A stretch of 64,000 bases of DNA from Octopus vulgaris (taxonomy: Eukaryota). Of the stretch, positions 24,155 to 36,887 are shown in pieces; position 1 is the stretch's first letter, and each line of letters begins with the position of its first letter. The notes under the pieces were generated by a model. That model had not been told where the DNA came from, made no database searches, and was given only the letters and a program-made list of their open reading frames with translations. The stretch is taken from the NCBI GenBank assembly GCA_951406725.2, contig OX597821.1, positions 48,732,001-48,796,000 of the forward strand, in the 5' to 3' direction. A program made the translations under genes and the position numbers.

Positions 24155-25958
24155 TCTCTATATTATAAATCTGAAATGCGAAAAGTTTGTTTGTTTGTCT
24201 GGTTTTGGCATTGAGAACGGGTTAAAGGCCACTAGATCCCGTCGGATTGACTCCAAAATTTACAGGGACATGTAAAATGAGGTGAGGATGCCAGTGGGCT
24301 AGGTTAGAAATCCCCATCTTAAAAGATGTCGTTGCTAGGGCTAAAAACGCACTTTGACAAGTCTACTCTCATTCTTTTATGTATCTGTCTTCCTCCGTCA
24401 CTCACTCTCTTTCCTCCCTTCCCATTACTTTCTATATATAACGTCGTTTAACAGCGTCTAACTCCCCTTCACTTTCTCTTTATAACGCCGTGTCACGGCG
24501 TTCTATATCTCCCCCCTCACCGCCTTCGACAGCGCTTTCACACACTCTCTCTCTCTCTCTACGTCTGTCTGCATTCATAGACAGAATTATCATCGCCACC
24601 ACCACCACCACCACACAATCATGAGAACAAATATTATGAATCAGATATTTATTGGGTTAATTTATATATATGTGTGTGTGTGTGTGTGTGTTCTATATAT
24701 AAATATGTATATATAATGTATATATACAAAGTGTATATATCTGTATTTATGTATATTAAACTTTTTAATACTTTTTGATAGTTATATATATTTAAAAAAA
24801 TTATAAATATAAATTAATAATTTTAATTTTAAATTAATATTATTTAAATTTTTCAATTTTATATTTTATATATTTTGTACATTATATTTTTACTTTCATG
24901 TTTTTCACTGTTTAATTTGCCTAATAGTGGTTTTATCTCTAATTTAATATACATATACATATATATATATATATTTGTATACATTTATATATATAATGCG
25001 TACACACACACACACACACACACTCATAGATATATAATGCGATTGCGCTAGACTTTAAATCGTTAATGTGTTGTTATCGATGATGAAGTTTTGAATGCTT
25101 ACCAAGGTGAGTCTACTGTCGTGAGAAAGAATCACTTCAAAACTTGGTGTTTTGGAATTTTCTTTTACAACAAGTTCAAAATTTTACGCCAGCCGTTAAA
25201 CTGCCAATACGTTGCTGTCCGTCGTTAAGAAATGCCAGCCATGGTAACTACTATCCTCAGATTATATACCTTCAAACTTTGGTTTCCAATATTTTTATTT
25301 TTATTTTTATTCAGCCCTCAAGTTCGTCTGTCCTTTTTAAATGTTATTGCTTTGCTGTCTGCCTTGAAGCAGACCTTTCCGTTGTCACTGCCTGATATTT
25401 ATGATTGATCTTTCAAAATATTTTACTTTCTCAACTTACTCAAGATCTTTTGTTGTTTATAAATGGGAGAGAGATAGATAAAGATAGAGAGTAAGAGAAA
25501 GCGAGGGAGAGTCCGAGAGAAAAGAAAAGTAAGAGAGTGGGAAAGTGAGAGAGAAAGGAGAGAGAAACAAAGAGGGAGAATCATCATCATCATCATCGTT
25601 TAACATCCGTTTTCCGTGCTAGAACGGGTTGGACACTTTGACCGGGGTCTGGGAAGCCAGGAGGCTGCACCAGGCTCCAGTCTGATCTGGCAGTGTTTCT
25701 ACAGGTGGATGCCCTTCCTAACGCCAACCACTCTGTGAGTGTAGTGGGTGCTTTTTTCGTGCCGCCGGCACAGGTGCCAGGGTGGCTGGCAGCGGCCATG
25801 ATTGGTTGGTGCTTTTTATGTGCCACCCGCACAGAAGCCACTCAAGGCGGCGCTGCAATCGGCCACGTTCGGATGGTGCTTTTTACGTGCTGAAAGGAAG
25901 CAACAGAAAGTAACAACCACACTCTTACCCGCACGTAGAGCGGGTCACCTTAAGCTAG
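24155..25958 (+). mobile_element. Non-autonomous Helitron
   Basis: A|TC 5' end (TCTCTATATTATAAATCTG...gtttgtttgtttgtc). 3' hairpin acccgc-acgtaga-gcgggt followed by CTAG|T at 25955-25959. Confidence 0.75.
25581..25890 (-). mobile_element. RTE-LINE 3' UTR fragment with (GAT)n tail, nested in the Helitron
   Basis: Same sequence family as the UTR of the LINE at 51533 (ggatgcccttcctaacgccaacc). Confidence 0.8.
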
Positions 25959-26850
25959 TTTAACTATATTATCTATATTTAACGTATTTTAGTATTAATT
26001 GTTTGGTCTTTAAATCTCCCAGCAATTTGTAATCTATACTTTTGTTTTTTGTTCTCTTAATCTCTGATTCTAGAAGCTTAAATATCTTTCGTCATTTTCA
26101 TTAATATAAAACATAATTTTATACATTTATTCTATTTTTTATATTTACGCAACGTCTTCACGAGTAAAATGTTTTATAAACGCTAAGGCCTACATTTTTA
26201 CGTTTAAGATTCAGTTAAAATTTTTTCATTAGATAAGTAATGCATTTCTTTCATCACAATATTATTGAATTTTGGATTGAATTTTGTTTGATTATTATTG
26301 TAAAAATATTGATTTCTATATTGTTATTTGATAATTATGAGTTACGATATATATATATATTTATTTACTTATTATTTTTATTATTTTTTTATTGTTATTA
26401 TCTTGTGAATTAACGTATTACATATAGCTTCATTTAATGTATATTATGTTATATATATATATATATATATTGTTTTAATTATTTTGTTTTAATTACTTGT
26501 ATTTTAATTTTCCAGTAATGATGATATACTATAGTTTGATATTTTTTTCTATAAGCTTAAATATATTCTCATAGATAAAATAAATATTTAGATTTATTTA
26601 TTCTAGTTTTATTTGCACCACGTTTTTAACGAGATAAAATGATTATAAACACTAAGTCCTACGTATTAATCTTAAAGATTTTATTTAACAGAATCTATTT
26701 AATAAGATATTTTGTGTTTTTGCTTTAAGATGTATTGTTGGATTTTTGTTCGATTTTTTTTATTGAAAAATTACGTATTTTCATATATATTTATACATTC
26801 TTATTAGATAATATACGTACATTTAATTAATTATTTTATTGTTTTTATCT

Positions 26851-26935
26851 TGGACCTGATGAGTAACTATATTTAAATTGAATTGATTTTACTGTTATCA
26901 GTTTGAAAATATAGCCACGAAACACGTGTAGTCTA
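26851..26935 (+). ncRNA. Minimal type I hammerhead ribozyme
   Basis: UGGAC-CUGAUGA-GU...AC-GAAA-C-ACGU-G-UA^GUCUA. Stem I is 5 bp. Stem II is extended (cuauauuu/aaauauag). Stem/loop III is the palindrome CACGUG. Predicted cleavage after 26930. Confidence 0.82.
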
Positions 26936-27075
26936 TATACTAATTATATACTATTTTTTTATTATTTCGTACTTAATTTAGTTCTAGGTAAATGTTTTAT
27001 CATATCTTTAATTTTTTTCTATATGGTATGATTTAAGTATATCATTGTTGAATTGCTACATGGCGGTTGTCCTCT

Positions 27076-27170
<95 letters not shown>

Positions 27171-27494
27171 CTCTTACACTTCGAACAAGGGAGCGATGTT
27201 TGCGCGTCAATAGCCAGCTGGAAAGCAGTAACATTCGTTCTAATCAAGTCTGATACTTATTGAATAAACTTTACGATAATGTTGCTGCACGTTTCTCGCT
27301 CGGAGATTTAGAACTGATAGTTTTTGTCCCTCTTTCTGTCTCTCTTTCTCTTTCTCTCTTTCTGTATATATGATATGGTTCCAGGTTCAGCCCCACTACA
27401 TGTCACATTGGGCATCTTTTGACTTGGGCCGACTAATGCTTTGAGTGAGTTTGGCAGCCGGACACTAAAAGACGGTCATCGTATATATATATAT

Positions 27495-27790
27495 AGCCCA
27501 GTGGTTAGGGCAGCGGACGCGCAGTCGTAGGTTCGCGGTTTCGATTCCCAGACCGGGCGTTGTGAGTGTTTATTGAGCGAAAACACCTAAAGGTCCACGA
27601 GGCTCCGGCAGGAGATTGTGGCGAACCCTGCTGTACTCTTTCGCCACAACTTTCTCTCACTCTTTCTTCTGTTGGCCTGCTCGCTTAGCCAGCGGGGTGG
27701 CGTCATTTAAAGGCTAAAACAATGCGAAGCGTATTGTGACCAGCGATGTGTAGCAACATCTGATAGCCTGGTCGGTCACGGTGATCACGG

Positions 27791-27793
<3 letters not shown>
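27495..27793 (+). mobile_element. tRNA-derived SINE nested in the (TA)n of an older SINE
   Basis: TAGCCCAGTGG A box, GGTTTCGATTCC B box, (TA)n on both flanks. The host SINE head lies at 27372-27482. Confidence 0.8.
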
Positions 27794-27846
<53 letters not shown>

Positions 27847-28049
27847 AAATGGATAAATGAATTATCTTGTTACGGATTATTCAAAATTTTACCGATACCT
27901 GGGTAGCAAAATTCACAACAGAAAAAACACGGTTGAAGTTACGACCATGGGGTGTCGCAACCGTCCTTAGCGCGGATAATTGAAGTTTAATATATTTAGT
28001 GAAGGGAAGAAATGGAGCTGAACGAAGATTCTACAGAATTCCTTTTATT

Positions 28050-28135
28050 ATTTTCTACACATGTTTCAAAGGCCGCAAATTTCCAAATTCGGATTGAATA
28101 AGGAGACCATTTTGCAGCTTTCTCTTCAGGAAAAT
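28050..28135 (-). ncRNA. Minimal type I hammerhead ribozyme
   Basis: AUUUUC-CUGAAGA-GAAAGCUGCAAA...UUUGCGGCCUUU-GAAA-C-AUGU-G-UA^GAAAAU. Stem I is a perfect 6 bp, stem II is ~12 bp, and the palindrome ACAUGU is present. AATAAA follows immediately. Confidence 0.8.
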
Positions 28136-28653
28136 CCAGGAATTTAAATCTCCAAACAAATGCGCAGCAAGCAATTCGAACAAAACGCTCCTTAGGAGCC
28201 CATGGAATGGCACAAACTGTCTCTCAATGTGCGTTGACGTCAGGGGTGGAGGCCGACGAAAAAGTCCGTTGGAACAAATCGAGGTCAAACTGCGGTCAAA
28301 CCTGGTAGGGGAAGAAATACTGAAAACCAAAGGGTATGAATATATTCTGTATAACTAATGTTAATGTTCGGATTGTTTTAAGAATTAAGGCTATCTTATT
28401 TAGGTGTGTGAACCTACCTACATGTATGTGTGTGTGCGCCTGTGTATGTGTGGCAGTATGTTAGGAAGCAGCTAGAGGGAAAGAGTACTGCTGATATTGT
28501 TGGTCAAGCAGCTGATAAAAGCCTGTGTCTGTGTGTTCGTCTGTGGCCAGCTTGTATACAGATGACTTGTCAAATCAAGGGGCGTATAATCCCTGATATT
28601 GCTTCTAAAAAAGTAGCAGACCATACGCTAAAAGGGGAGTAATTTCCCCTTGC

Positions 28654-28731
28654 AAATTTAATTCAAAGATTTTTTCAAAATTTTTTCCAAAATTTTGGAA
28701 AAAATTTTGAAAAAATCTTTGAATTAAATTT
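28654..28731. repeat. Perfect 78-bp spacerless palindrome
   Basis: aaatttaattcaaagattttttcaaaattttttccaaaa followed directly by its exact reverse complement. Confidence 0.92.
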
Positions 28732-28761
28732 CAGACGAACACACAGACACAGAATGTTAAA

Positions 28762-28797
<36 letters not shown>

Positions 28798-28800
28798 CAT

Positions 28801-29033
28801 AAGGCGGCGAGCTGGCAGAAACGTTAGCACGCCGGGCGAAATGCGTAGCCGTATTTCGTCTGTCGTTACGTTCTGAGTTCAAATTCCGCCGAGGTCGACT
28901 TTGCCTTTCATCCTTTCGGGGTCGATAAATAAAGTACCAGTTTCCAACTGGGGTCGATGTAATCGACTTAATACCATTGTCTGTCCTTGTTTGTCCCCTC
29001 TATGTTTAGCCCCTTGTGGGCAGTAAAGAAATA
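28801..29033 (+). mobile_element. Young SINE with target-site duplication
   Basis: TGGCAGAAACGTTAG A-box-like, GAGTTCAAATTCC B box, central gcctttcatcctttcggggtcgataaa. tatatatatataatcat occurs on both flanks. Confidence 0.88.
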
Positions 29034-29547
29034 TATATATATATAATCATTGTTGATTGTGAACAAGAGCAAGGAAGGCACAAAGAGGAAGCAAAAAAAG
29101 GCAAAAAAAAAAAGCAAAACAAAACAGTGAATAAAGGTTAGAAACATTCAATATTTTATTTTACTGTAAGTCATGGTTGCAGCAAGTGAAGTCAGACCAG
29201 CATCAGTGTACTACTGGCCATCAGAGCCAAGCCCAGATATCAAGATTTTGTTTTTCCAAATCATTCAGTATATTTAGTAGATTAATGTGTGTTATAAGAT
29301 GCATTCAAAAAAAAAAAATTAGCTCTAAAAATACATTAAATATTTGTATCCTAATTTGGAGAGTCTGTTAAAAATCTATTTTTCAGCCACTGTTTAACCA
29401 GCCAAGCACACATACAGCAGCAGTAGCTTCTCCCTCTTCTTCATACAAATTTATCAAATCTTAACACAGGAATAATAAAACAATGTCTCAAAAGATTTTT
29501 CTAAAAAAAAAATAAATTCAAAAACAAGATGTGTAATTATTTTCTGA

Positions 29548-29584
<37 letters not shown>

Positions 29585-30250
29585 CATACACACACACACA
29601 CAAAGAAAATAATCTAGTACTTGGGAGTTGTTTCCCTTCGGACACTACCAAAAACCTCAACAGGCACACTCGCTTGCACAACCATCTCTTCTCAGTAGGG
29701 CCTTCAAATAGAATAAAAAACCTCCTAGGGAATTCAGATCTTCAAGTGAGGCTGAGGATTCCATTGCATAGTACAGTTGAGGAAACTCTTACACACACAC
29801 ACACACACACTGCTTTCTTTTATTTTGCAGAAATTTAAGAGCTTGATATACAAGTAAAGTGGAAGCATTGAATCTAGTGTGCATGATAAGATTACAAACA
29901 CTTGGTTTAGTAATCCCAATAACCACAGAAAATAGAGTCTAGACAAACGCTGCCAATTTTGCATGATGGTAGGGAAATACTCTATCACACATGCACACAC
30001 AATAATTATCCCTTGCATAAAACACCAAAAACTTGGAATGGAATAGTCAGGGAGTAAAAATTGTGGTTGGGAATGAAATTCCTGTTGATAGAACAGTAAA
30101 ATGTTTGGAATGAAATTAAAACAGGGTCTCTTTTGGGTTGTAGCTACATTTCTTGGATCATTTTTTAATGTATTATTTACCTATTTTTATTTTCACTAAA
30201 TGTTTTTTCTAACATAATAGCATTTTGTTTTAGAGAAGAAATCAAAATAA

Positions 30251-31560
30251 TTATAATGGTTTCCAATTTTAGCACAAGGCCAGTAGTTTCAGTGGGAAGG
30301 GAATAGTTGATTACTTTAACCATAGTTCTTGGCTGGTACTTATTTTATTGACCTCAAAAAGATGAAAAGCAAATTTGACCATGGCAGTATTTGAGCTCAG
30401 AATGTAAATAATCAGAAGAAATGCTACTAAGAATTTTGTCTGATGCACTAACAATTCTGCAGCTCATTGTCTGTTGTTTCAAATTTTGGCACAAGGCAAG
30501 CAATTTTGAGGTGAGTAGTTTAGTTGACACTGGTACTATATTTTATCCAAAAGGATGAAAGACATAGTTGATCATGACAGGATTTGAACTTGGGATGTAA
30601 TGAATTGGGATGTAATGCAAAGCATTTTTCTGATGCTTAACAATTCTGCCAGCTCCACTGCCTTAATAATTATAATAATTTCTTTCATCGGTACATTAAG
30701 TGCAAATATTTATAGAGGCAGACATATATAACCATTTTAATTAGATGAATTAGTAAACAATATCTAAATAGAATTTGTAGTGACCTTCTCTGCTAACAAT
30801 TGTTCCAAAAATGTATCAAGAGAAATATAAATACTGTACGGAAATTACTTCACTGCTCAACCACTGTTCCCCACTATGGCCTGAATAATAATGGTTTTAG
30901 ATTTAGGCACAAGGCCAGCAGTTTTTGAGGAATGGTGGGTGCAATTCAATAGCACCCCTCATTTCTTGAAAGTGCAAAAATAAAATAGCAGTCATATACT
31001 TAGGATCAATTCCAGTATTTGACTGGTAATTTATTTTATTGGCCCTAGAGGAATGAAGCAAAATTATTGGAGAGATTTGAACTCAGAATGTAAGAGCCTG
31101 AAAAAATACTGCAAGGCATAATATCATAATGGGTCCAAATTTTGGCACAAGGCCAGCGATCTTAAGGGGAAGGGGGTTGACACCAATGATACCAGTACTT
31201 GACTGGCACTTATCAAGCTTGGTGGGATGAAAGGCAAAGCTGACCTTGGCAGGATTTGAAACCAGAACACGAAGAGGCAGAAAATATACCACTAGGCATT
31301 GTCCCAACACTCCAGCAGTTCTACCAATTCACCACCCTAATAATAATAATGGTTCCAAATTTTGGCACAAGGTCGGCAATTTTAGGGGGGGGGTGATATC
31401 ATCAATCCCAGCACTTGATTGGTACTTATCTAATTGATTCTGAAAGGATGAAAGGCAAAGTTGTCATCAATGATATTTGAGCTCAGAACATAGAGAACTG
31501 GAAGAAATGCTGAGCATTTTGTTGAACATACTAACAATTCTGCCAGAATGCCACCTATTA
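30251..31560 (-). repeat. Head-to-tail cluster of ~5 decayed SINE copies related to the 28801 element
   Basis: ccaaattttggcacaaggcc...aggatgaaaggcaaa...tttgaactcagaa...aacaattctgccag recurs at ~30251, 30475, 30885, 31125 and 31345. Confidence 0.75.
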
Positions 31561-31767
31561 AAGGAAATAATAGGAAATTGGAGAGCAGGTTTGTCCTCAT
31601 GTGAATGACAGAAATCAAAGAAATGATGTGGGAAAATGAAGAAAAATTATCCAATGGACAACCACATCTGACAAACAGACAAAATGGTTGACTTGTATCA
31701 CAAAATAAAAATTGCAAGAGATTCAAATGAAAAGGAAATTTGAAATTAAAAACATGGGTGGGTATAG

Positions 31768-31801
<34 letters not shown>

Positions 31802-33032
31802 TTATATGCATGTGTGAGCATTGCATCTGTGTACATATATGTGAATGTGAATGAGTGTGGGTGTAAACTACAGGCTTCTAGTTTCTCTCTACTAAATCCA
31901 CTTGCAATTTTTGGTCAGCCTGAGGATGTCCAAATTTCTATGCAGATATATACAATTGCATATGTGTGTGAGTGTACATATATATTACACACACATATTT
32001 AAGTATACATGTGTATTACACATCCACACACATATGCAAGTGTAACTATACATAAACATAAATACATACACACATTAATGTGTGTAAAATCTATCATTTA
32101 CTTATTTCAGTCATTAACTTGCAGTAACGCTGGGGCACCACCTTGAAGGGTTTAGTTGTTGTGTTCAATACTTATTTTTAAGTTATGGGGGATGTAAACA
32201 AACTAAAACTGGTTGTAAAGTGGAAGATAAATACAAACACACACACACACAAATGGGCTTCTATAGTTTCCACCTACCAGATTTGTCTTACAAGGTATTG
32301 ATTGGCCCAAGACTATAGAAAGTGCCTCATGCTGGAACTGAACCCAGAACCATGTGGTTGCAAAGACAAGCTTCTTAACCACACAATATTGCCTATGCCT
32401 ACAAATATATACACACACACACACCTCTTTTCTTTTCAGTCATTCATTTTTACAGTTTTTTTTTTCCAGGCTAGCATGGATTAAAAAAAATTACACAGGC
32501 ATTGTTTTATGGGTAGGTGTCTTCCTGTCACTAAACCTGAATTGAAAGGGACCTCTAATTCCACATTCTAAAGCAAGCTGTGGATTTGCTGATAGAAATG
32601 ATTGCTTGCACATTGTAATTTTAGAAGACAACAAAACAGTAAACACTCACCCACTGAAGCTTCAAATCAAGATGTGTTATCACTAGCTGACTATATCTTT
32701 ACATATATTTTACATTTCTGAGTACAGATTTTCGTGGTGTAAATACCTGTAACCTATGAGTATATCACATGTACATATAAATATACATGTGTGTAACTGT
32801 GAGTGCATGTCTGTGTGTATGTAAATGTATGTATGTGTTCCCAACACAAAAGATGAAACATAGAAAAATAAATGTAAAAAAATAAACAGATTTATAGATT
32901 ATTATTTCAATTAATTAATTTTATTTCATCTCTTCTCACATTTCATGATTATCTGAGCAGCTTAGGATGGGTACTGTGAAGTGAGTACCTCAATGTCACT
33001 GTCATTTACGAAGGAATACATATATACACACA

Positions 33033-33079
<47 letters not shown>

Positions 33080-33522
33080 TGTGTTGAGTGTCAGAAGAAG
33101 AAGGCAAGGGACAAGAAAATGTGTGAATGAAAGAAAGTAAAGAGAAAATGACAGTGACACTTAGAACAGCCCAGTAACTTAGACCTAGCCATCTGTCTTC
33201 ACCCAAAATGTTCCTTTAATATAAAAGAAAGGAACTGGCAAAAAAAAAAAAAAGAAGTAGAAAAAGTTAAGAAAGAAACTATCTGATCAGAGATTGCTTT
33301 AATGTTAGTTGGGTAGAAATGGGGGCGATAAAATTGAATAGGGTATCACCAAAAACATCCTACATGGGTGGTGTTTGGAGAATGAGAACTGACAACAAAA
33401 GCACTCCATTTCCTACCCTTCTCCATTAGACGATTACCAGCTGGGGAAGAGACAGAAAAGCTGAGCTGTTCCATCACAATGAGACCAGACCAGCCATTAT
33501 ACATACATACATTCATACATAC

Positions 33523-33561
<39 letters not shown>

Positions 33562-33587
33562 TATATATATATATAGCCAGCCACACC

Positions 33588-33695
33588 CTAAGAGCTACTT
33601 TCTTCACAACTGTTTAATCTGGGAACCTTCTGAGATGTACTGCTTTCAGGAGATTCTAAATTGGCTTTTGAAGAATCTCGTTTTTTATTAGAATT
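33588..33695 (-). CDS. DDA1: DET1- and DDB1-associated protein 1, exon 5 (last)
   Basis: Poly-T cag acceptor. Reads NSNKKRDSSKANLESPESSTSQKVPRLNSCEESSS*, comparable to the vertebrate NAAKKRD... tail. Confidence 0.88.
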   Translation of the reverse strand, partial: NSNKKRDSSKANLESPESSTSQKVPRLNSCEESSS

Positions 33696-34268
33696 CTGAA
33701 AAAAAAAAAATAATAAAAATAAATAAAATAAAAAAACAAACAAATAAATAATACTTTTAATATAAACATAACTCTTTACAATATTTCTAATGAAATACAT
33801 TGTACTTAATTTAATTTGGAAAATAATCAAAATTTGGAATGATGTACTCACTAACTCAAAGATTGACTTTTATTTTATAATCAGTTATAATTTAATAATA
33901 AAAATAAACAGTATTGGTGAAAAAGTAAAAATAAATAGTAATAATGCAGTAATTTGGGCTTATGAAAATAATTATGTGAAGTCAATATGATATAGTATAA
34001 TTTTCTGTTTTGGGGGTAAACTTTGAATTTATGAGAAATTGGTATGGAACAGAATTTAAAATTACATACTTTTATCTTTTACTTGCTTCAGTCATTAGAC
34101 TGCAGCCATGCTGGGGCACTGCTTTAAAAAATTTTAGTTGAACAAATTGACCCCAGAACTTATATTTTTTAAAGCCTGGTACTTACTCTACAAGTCTCTT
34201 TTTCCAAACCACTGAATTACAGAGATATACCAACACCGATTGTCAAGCAGTGGTAAAGGACAAAGACG

Positions 34269-34299
<31 letters not shown>

Positions 34300-34745
34300 G
34301 ATGGATCTCCTTCAGTTTCTGTCAACCAAATCCACTCACAAGGCTTTGGTCAGCCTGAGGCTAGTAGAAAGCACATGCCCAAGGTGCCATAGTGGGATTG
34401 AATCCAGAAGCATGTGGTTGGGAAGCACACTTTTTTACCATACAGCCATGCCAGTGCTAATTCATATATATTTCAAGTAAAAGTTTGATGTACGATAAAA
34501 CCAAAGGTTAGCAAGAATCTAAGGGTTTTTGTAGAAAATTTTTCATAAAATGTTTTCTTGTTTACAGGGCTGAGATGGTTTCTGTTGCAAAACATTCAAC
34601 TGTGAAGGAGGATCAGAGGCACAGCAATGACCATGAGATCAGTAGCCCATGGTTTTTATTTCATGGTCAATGTTGAAGTGATGATAAAAACAACTAGTTA
34701 AAAATTTGAAAAAGAGAGAACTCATCTTAGGTTAGTGAAAACATA

Positions 34746-35575
34746 CAGGGTATTCAGTCTAAATTTGACAATTTTTTTGTTTCTTTTAATCAAGAACAGC
34801 TTAATGTATTGGTGAACAGTCAACAGCATTGAAGAGCATAATTAAGACTAATGTTGTAGTTGAGAAAAAAGTTAAATGGAGAACTGGAAGCCATCTGAAT
34901 ACTATAAACAGTTACCCATATCGCAATACATGCTGGGCATCAAAATGCTGGCACCATGACAGCTACTCAATGCTCTATGAACACTTAAAGAGTTGTATGA
35001 TGTGACATGGACTGCTACAACAGTGACTATGAGGCCAAGGCCAGCAAGAAGACAGACAGGGCAGGCATTCTGACTGCATCTTCATGCAGGAATTCATCTC
35101 CACATCTTTGAACAGAGCCTCAGGTTCAATTCAGACAACTATGTGAAACTGGTAGAGACTGTGGTCAATCTCTAACTGGAGAGGGTAGCTGCTGGAAGGC
35201 CATATGTGTGGTATCAGAATTTGGTTCCATGCCATAGTGTCAGAAAAAATCAGAGGGGGTTGTCAGAATTTTTACAACTTCACCAGTCCCAATTTCAGGC
35301 CTCCTTATTCCCCTGATGGTAGTTCCATGGATTACTGTGAGTGGAGTGTGGTTGAGAAAGACACCAACTACTCTCTCTGCAACACCAAGACGGTGGCCAA
35401 AATCAAGGTGTTCAAAGATCTTCCCAAGAACTTCCAGAGCCTTCTTGAGGCCATGGTAAAAGCTATTATCTAACAGGCATAATCTAGATGATAATTTTTT
35501 GATTTTTTAAAAATACTTCTATTTTTGGGGAGGAATACTGCATTTTTATTTCCTTTTATGCCAATTGTCTAAATG
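34746..35575 (+). mobile_element. Degenerate Tc1/mariner (maT-like), same family as 2123-2883
   Basis: TIR ta-cagggtattcagtctaaatttga. Reads FRPPYSPDGSSMDYCEWSVVE. The 3' end matches the reverse complement of 2140-2200. Confidence 0.7.
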
Positions 35576-36825
35576 CTTACAAGATATCTTCTGCCATAAC
35601 TTTAAATGTTACAACTGAAACCATTCAATGTGAAGTCACCATTGAAACTACATTTAGTTGTTCAAATAGACATCTAGCCTCATTCCTGTCAACTTTTTAC
35701 TTCTTATTCACTGAACCACATATAGTCATGAATTTTTTAAATTTCATTATCCTAATAAAAGTACAGCAGCTAACATTATCAGTCATTATGTATACTACAT
35801 AGTATATCCAGTTAAAATAATAATAAATGACAACAGTCTTCAGATGGAGAGGTGTTTGGTGCCAATGACACCACAATTCCTCATAAAACTTAATATTGTA
35901 GAGAACAAAGTTACTAAATTGACAAATCTATGCTGAAAAGCATTTTAGAGACTCAAATAGTAAAAAAGCCAAAAAAAAAAAAAAAAAATGAACCCCACCT
36001 AATTTTGGAAGAGAAATTGGTATTCAGCTTTACATGAGGTTAAACAAAACTCTAAACTATAATGAAAAAGTTCATGCATCAGTAACCATAGAATCTTCTC
36101 AGTTTATCAAGGAATACATTATCCAATATATTTTGCTTGAGCAGTCTACATTCAGAACTTACATTATCCAATATGTCATTTATCTTTTAAGGCATTAGAG
36201 TATGATTTGAGATACATTTTGCAGCTTTTTCTAGCAAGTCAAACAACAATCAGATGGAGGTTTATTTTTTAAGAATTAGTTGTTGCTGGTGCAGAAACTA
36301 GGAAGCTGAAAAATAGGTACATATACATCTAGATTTGGGGCCGGATGGTTAACTAACTGATGAGTTTGTTGACAGTAGTAGGTTTATCCTTTTAAAAAAC
36401 ACTAAAATTCATTAATTTTTAATTTTCATCTATTTTCTCATCATTAACCCAATATCTGTGAATATACCTGACCTTCTCAGTCAGGTCAATTATTAATTTG
36501 AACCAGGAATTTTGTCACTTCCAAAACTATCAAAGCAGTTAGTGAATGTTATTTTATAGCGAAACAGAGAAAATGACACACAAAACAAAAAACATTCTTG
36601 AATATTATTCAGTTCCTCAACTGAACACTGAGCTGCCATATATATTTATAACACATGTATAACAGACAATGGGGAGTTTTAAGTTTTCCTAAGTCTTGCT
36701 TTAACTGCTCCTTGTGGGTAAAAATTATTTTAATTGTTGAAATATTAAAAAGATTGAATGAGTGAAGTATCATTCCAGTGAACCAGTCAAAAAAAGTTGT
36801 TTAACAAAGTTACCAGATAAATTAC

Positions 36826-36887
36826 CTTTTTGTCCCAATGTTGGTGTAAGTACCTCAGCAGAATATTAGTCTTTTCAGTAGTAATAA
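36826..36887 (-). CDS. DDA1: DDA1 exon 4
   Basis: ttacag/gtaat boundaries, 62 nt, reading [21 protein letters not shown] (DDA1 signature). Confidence 0.96.
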
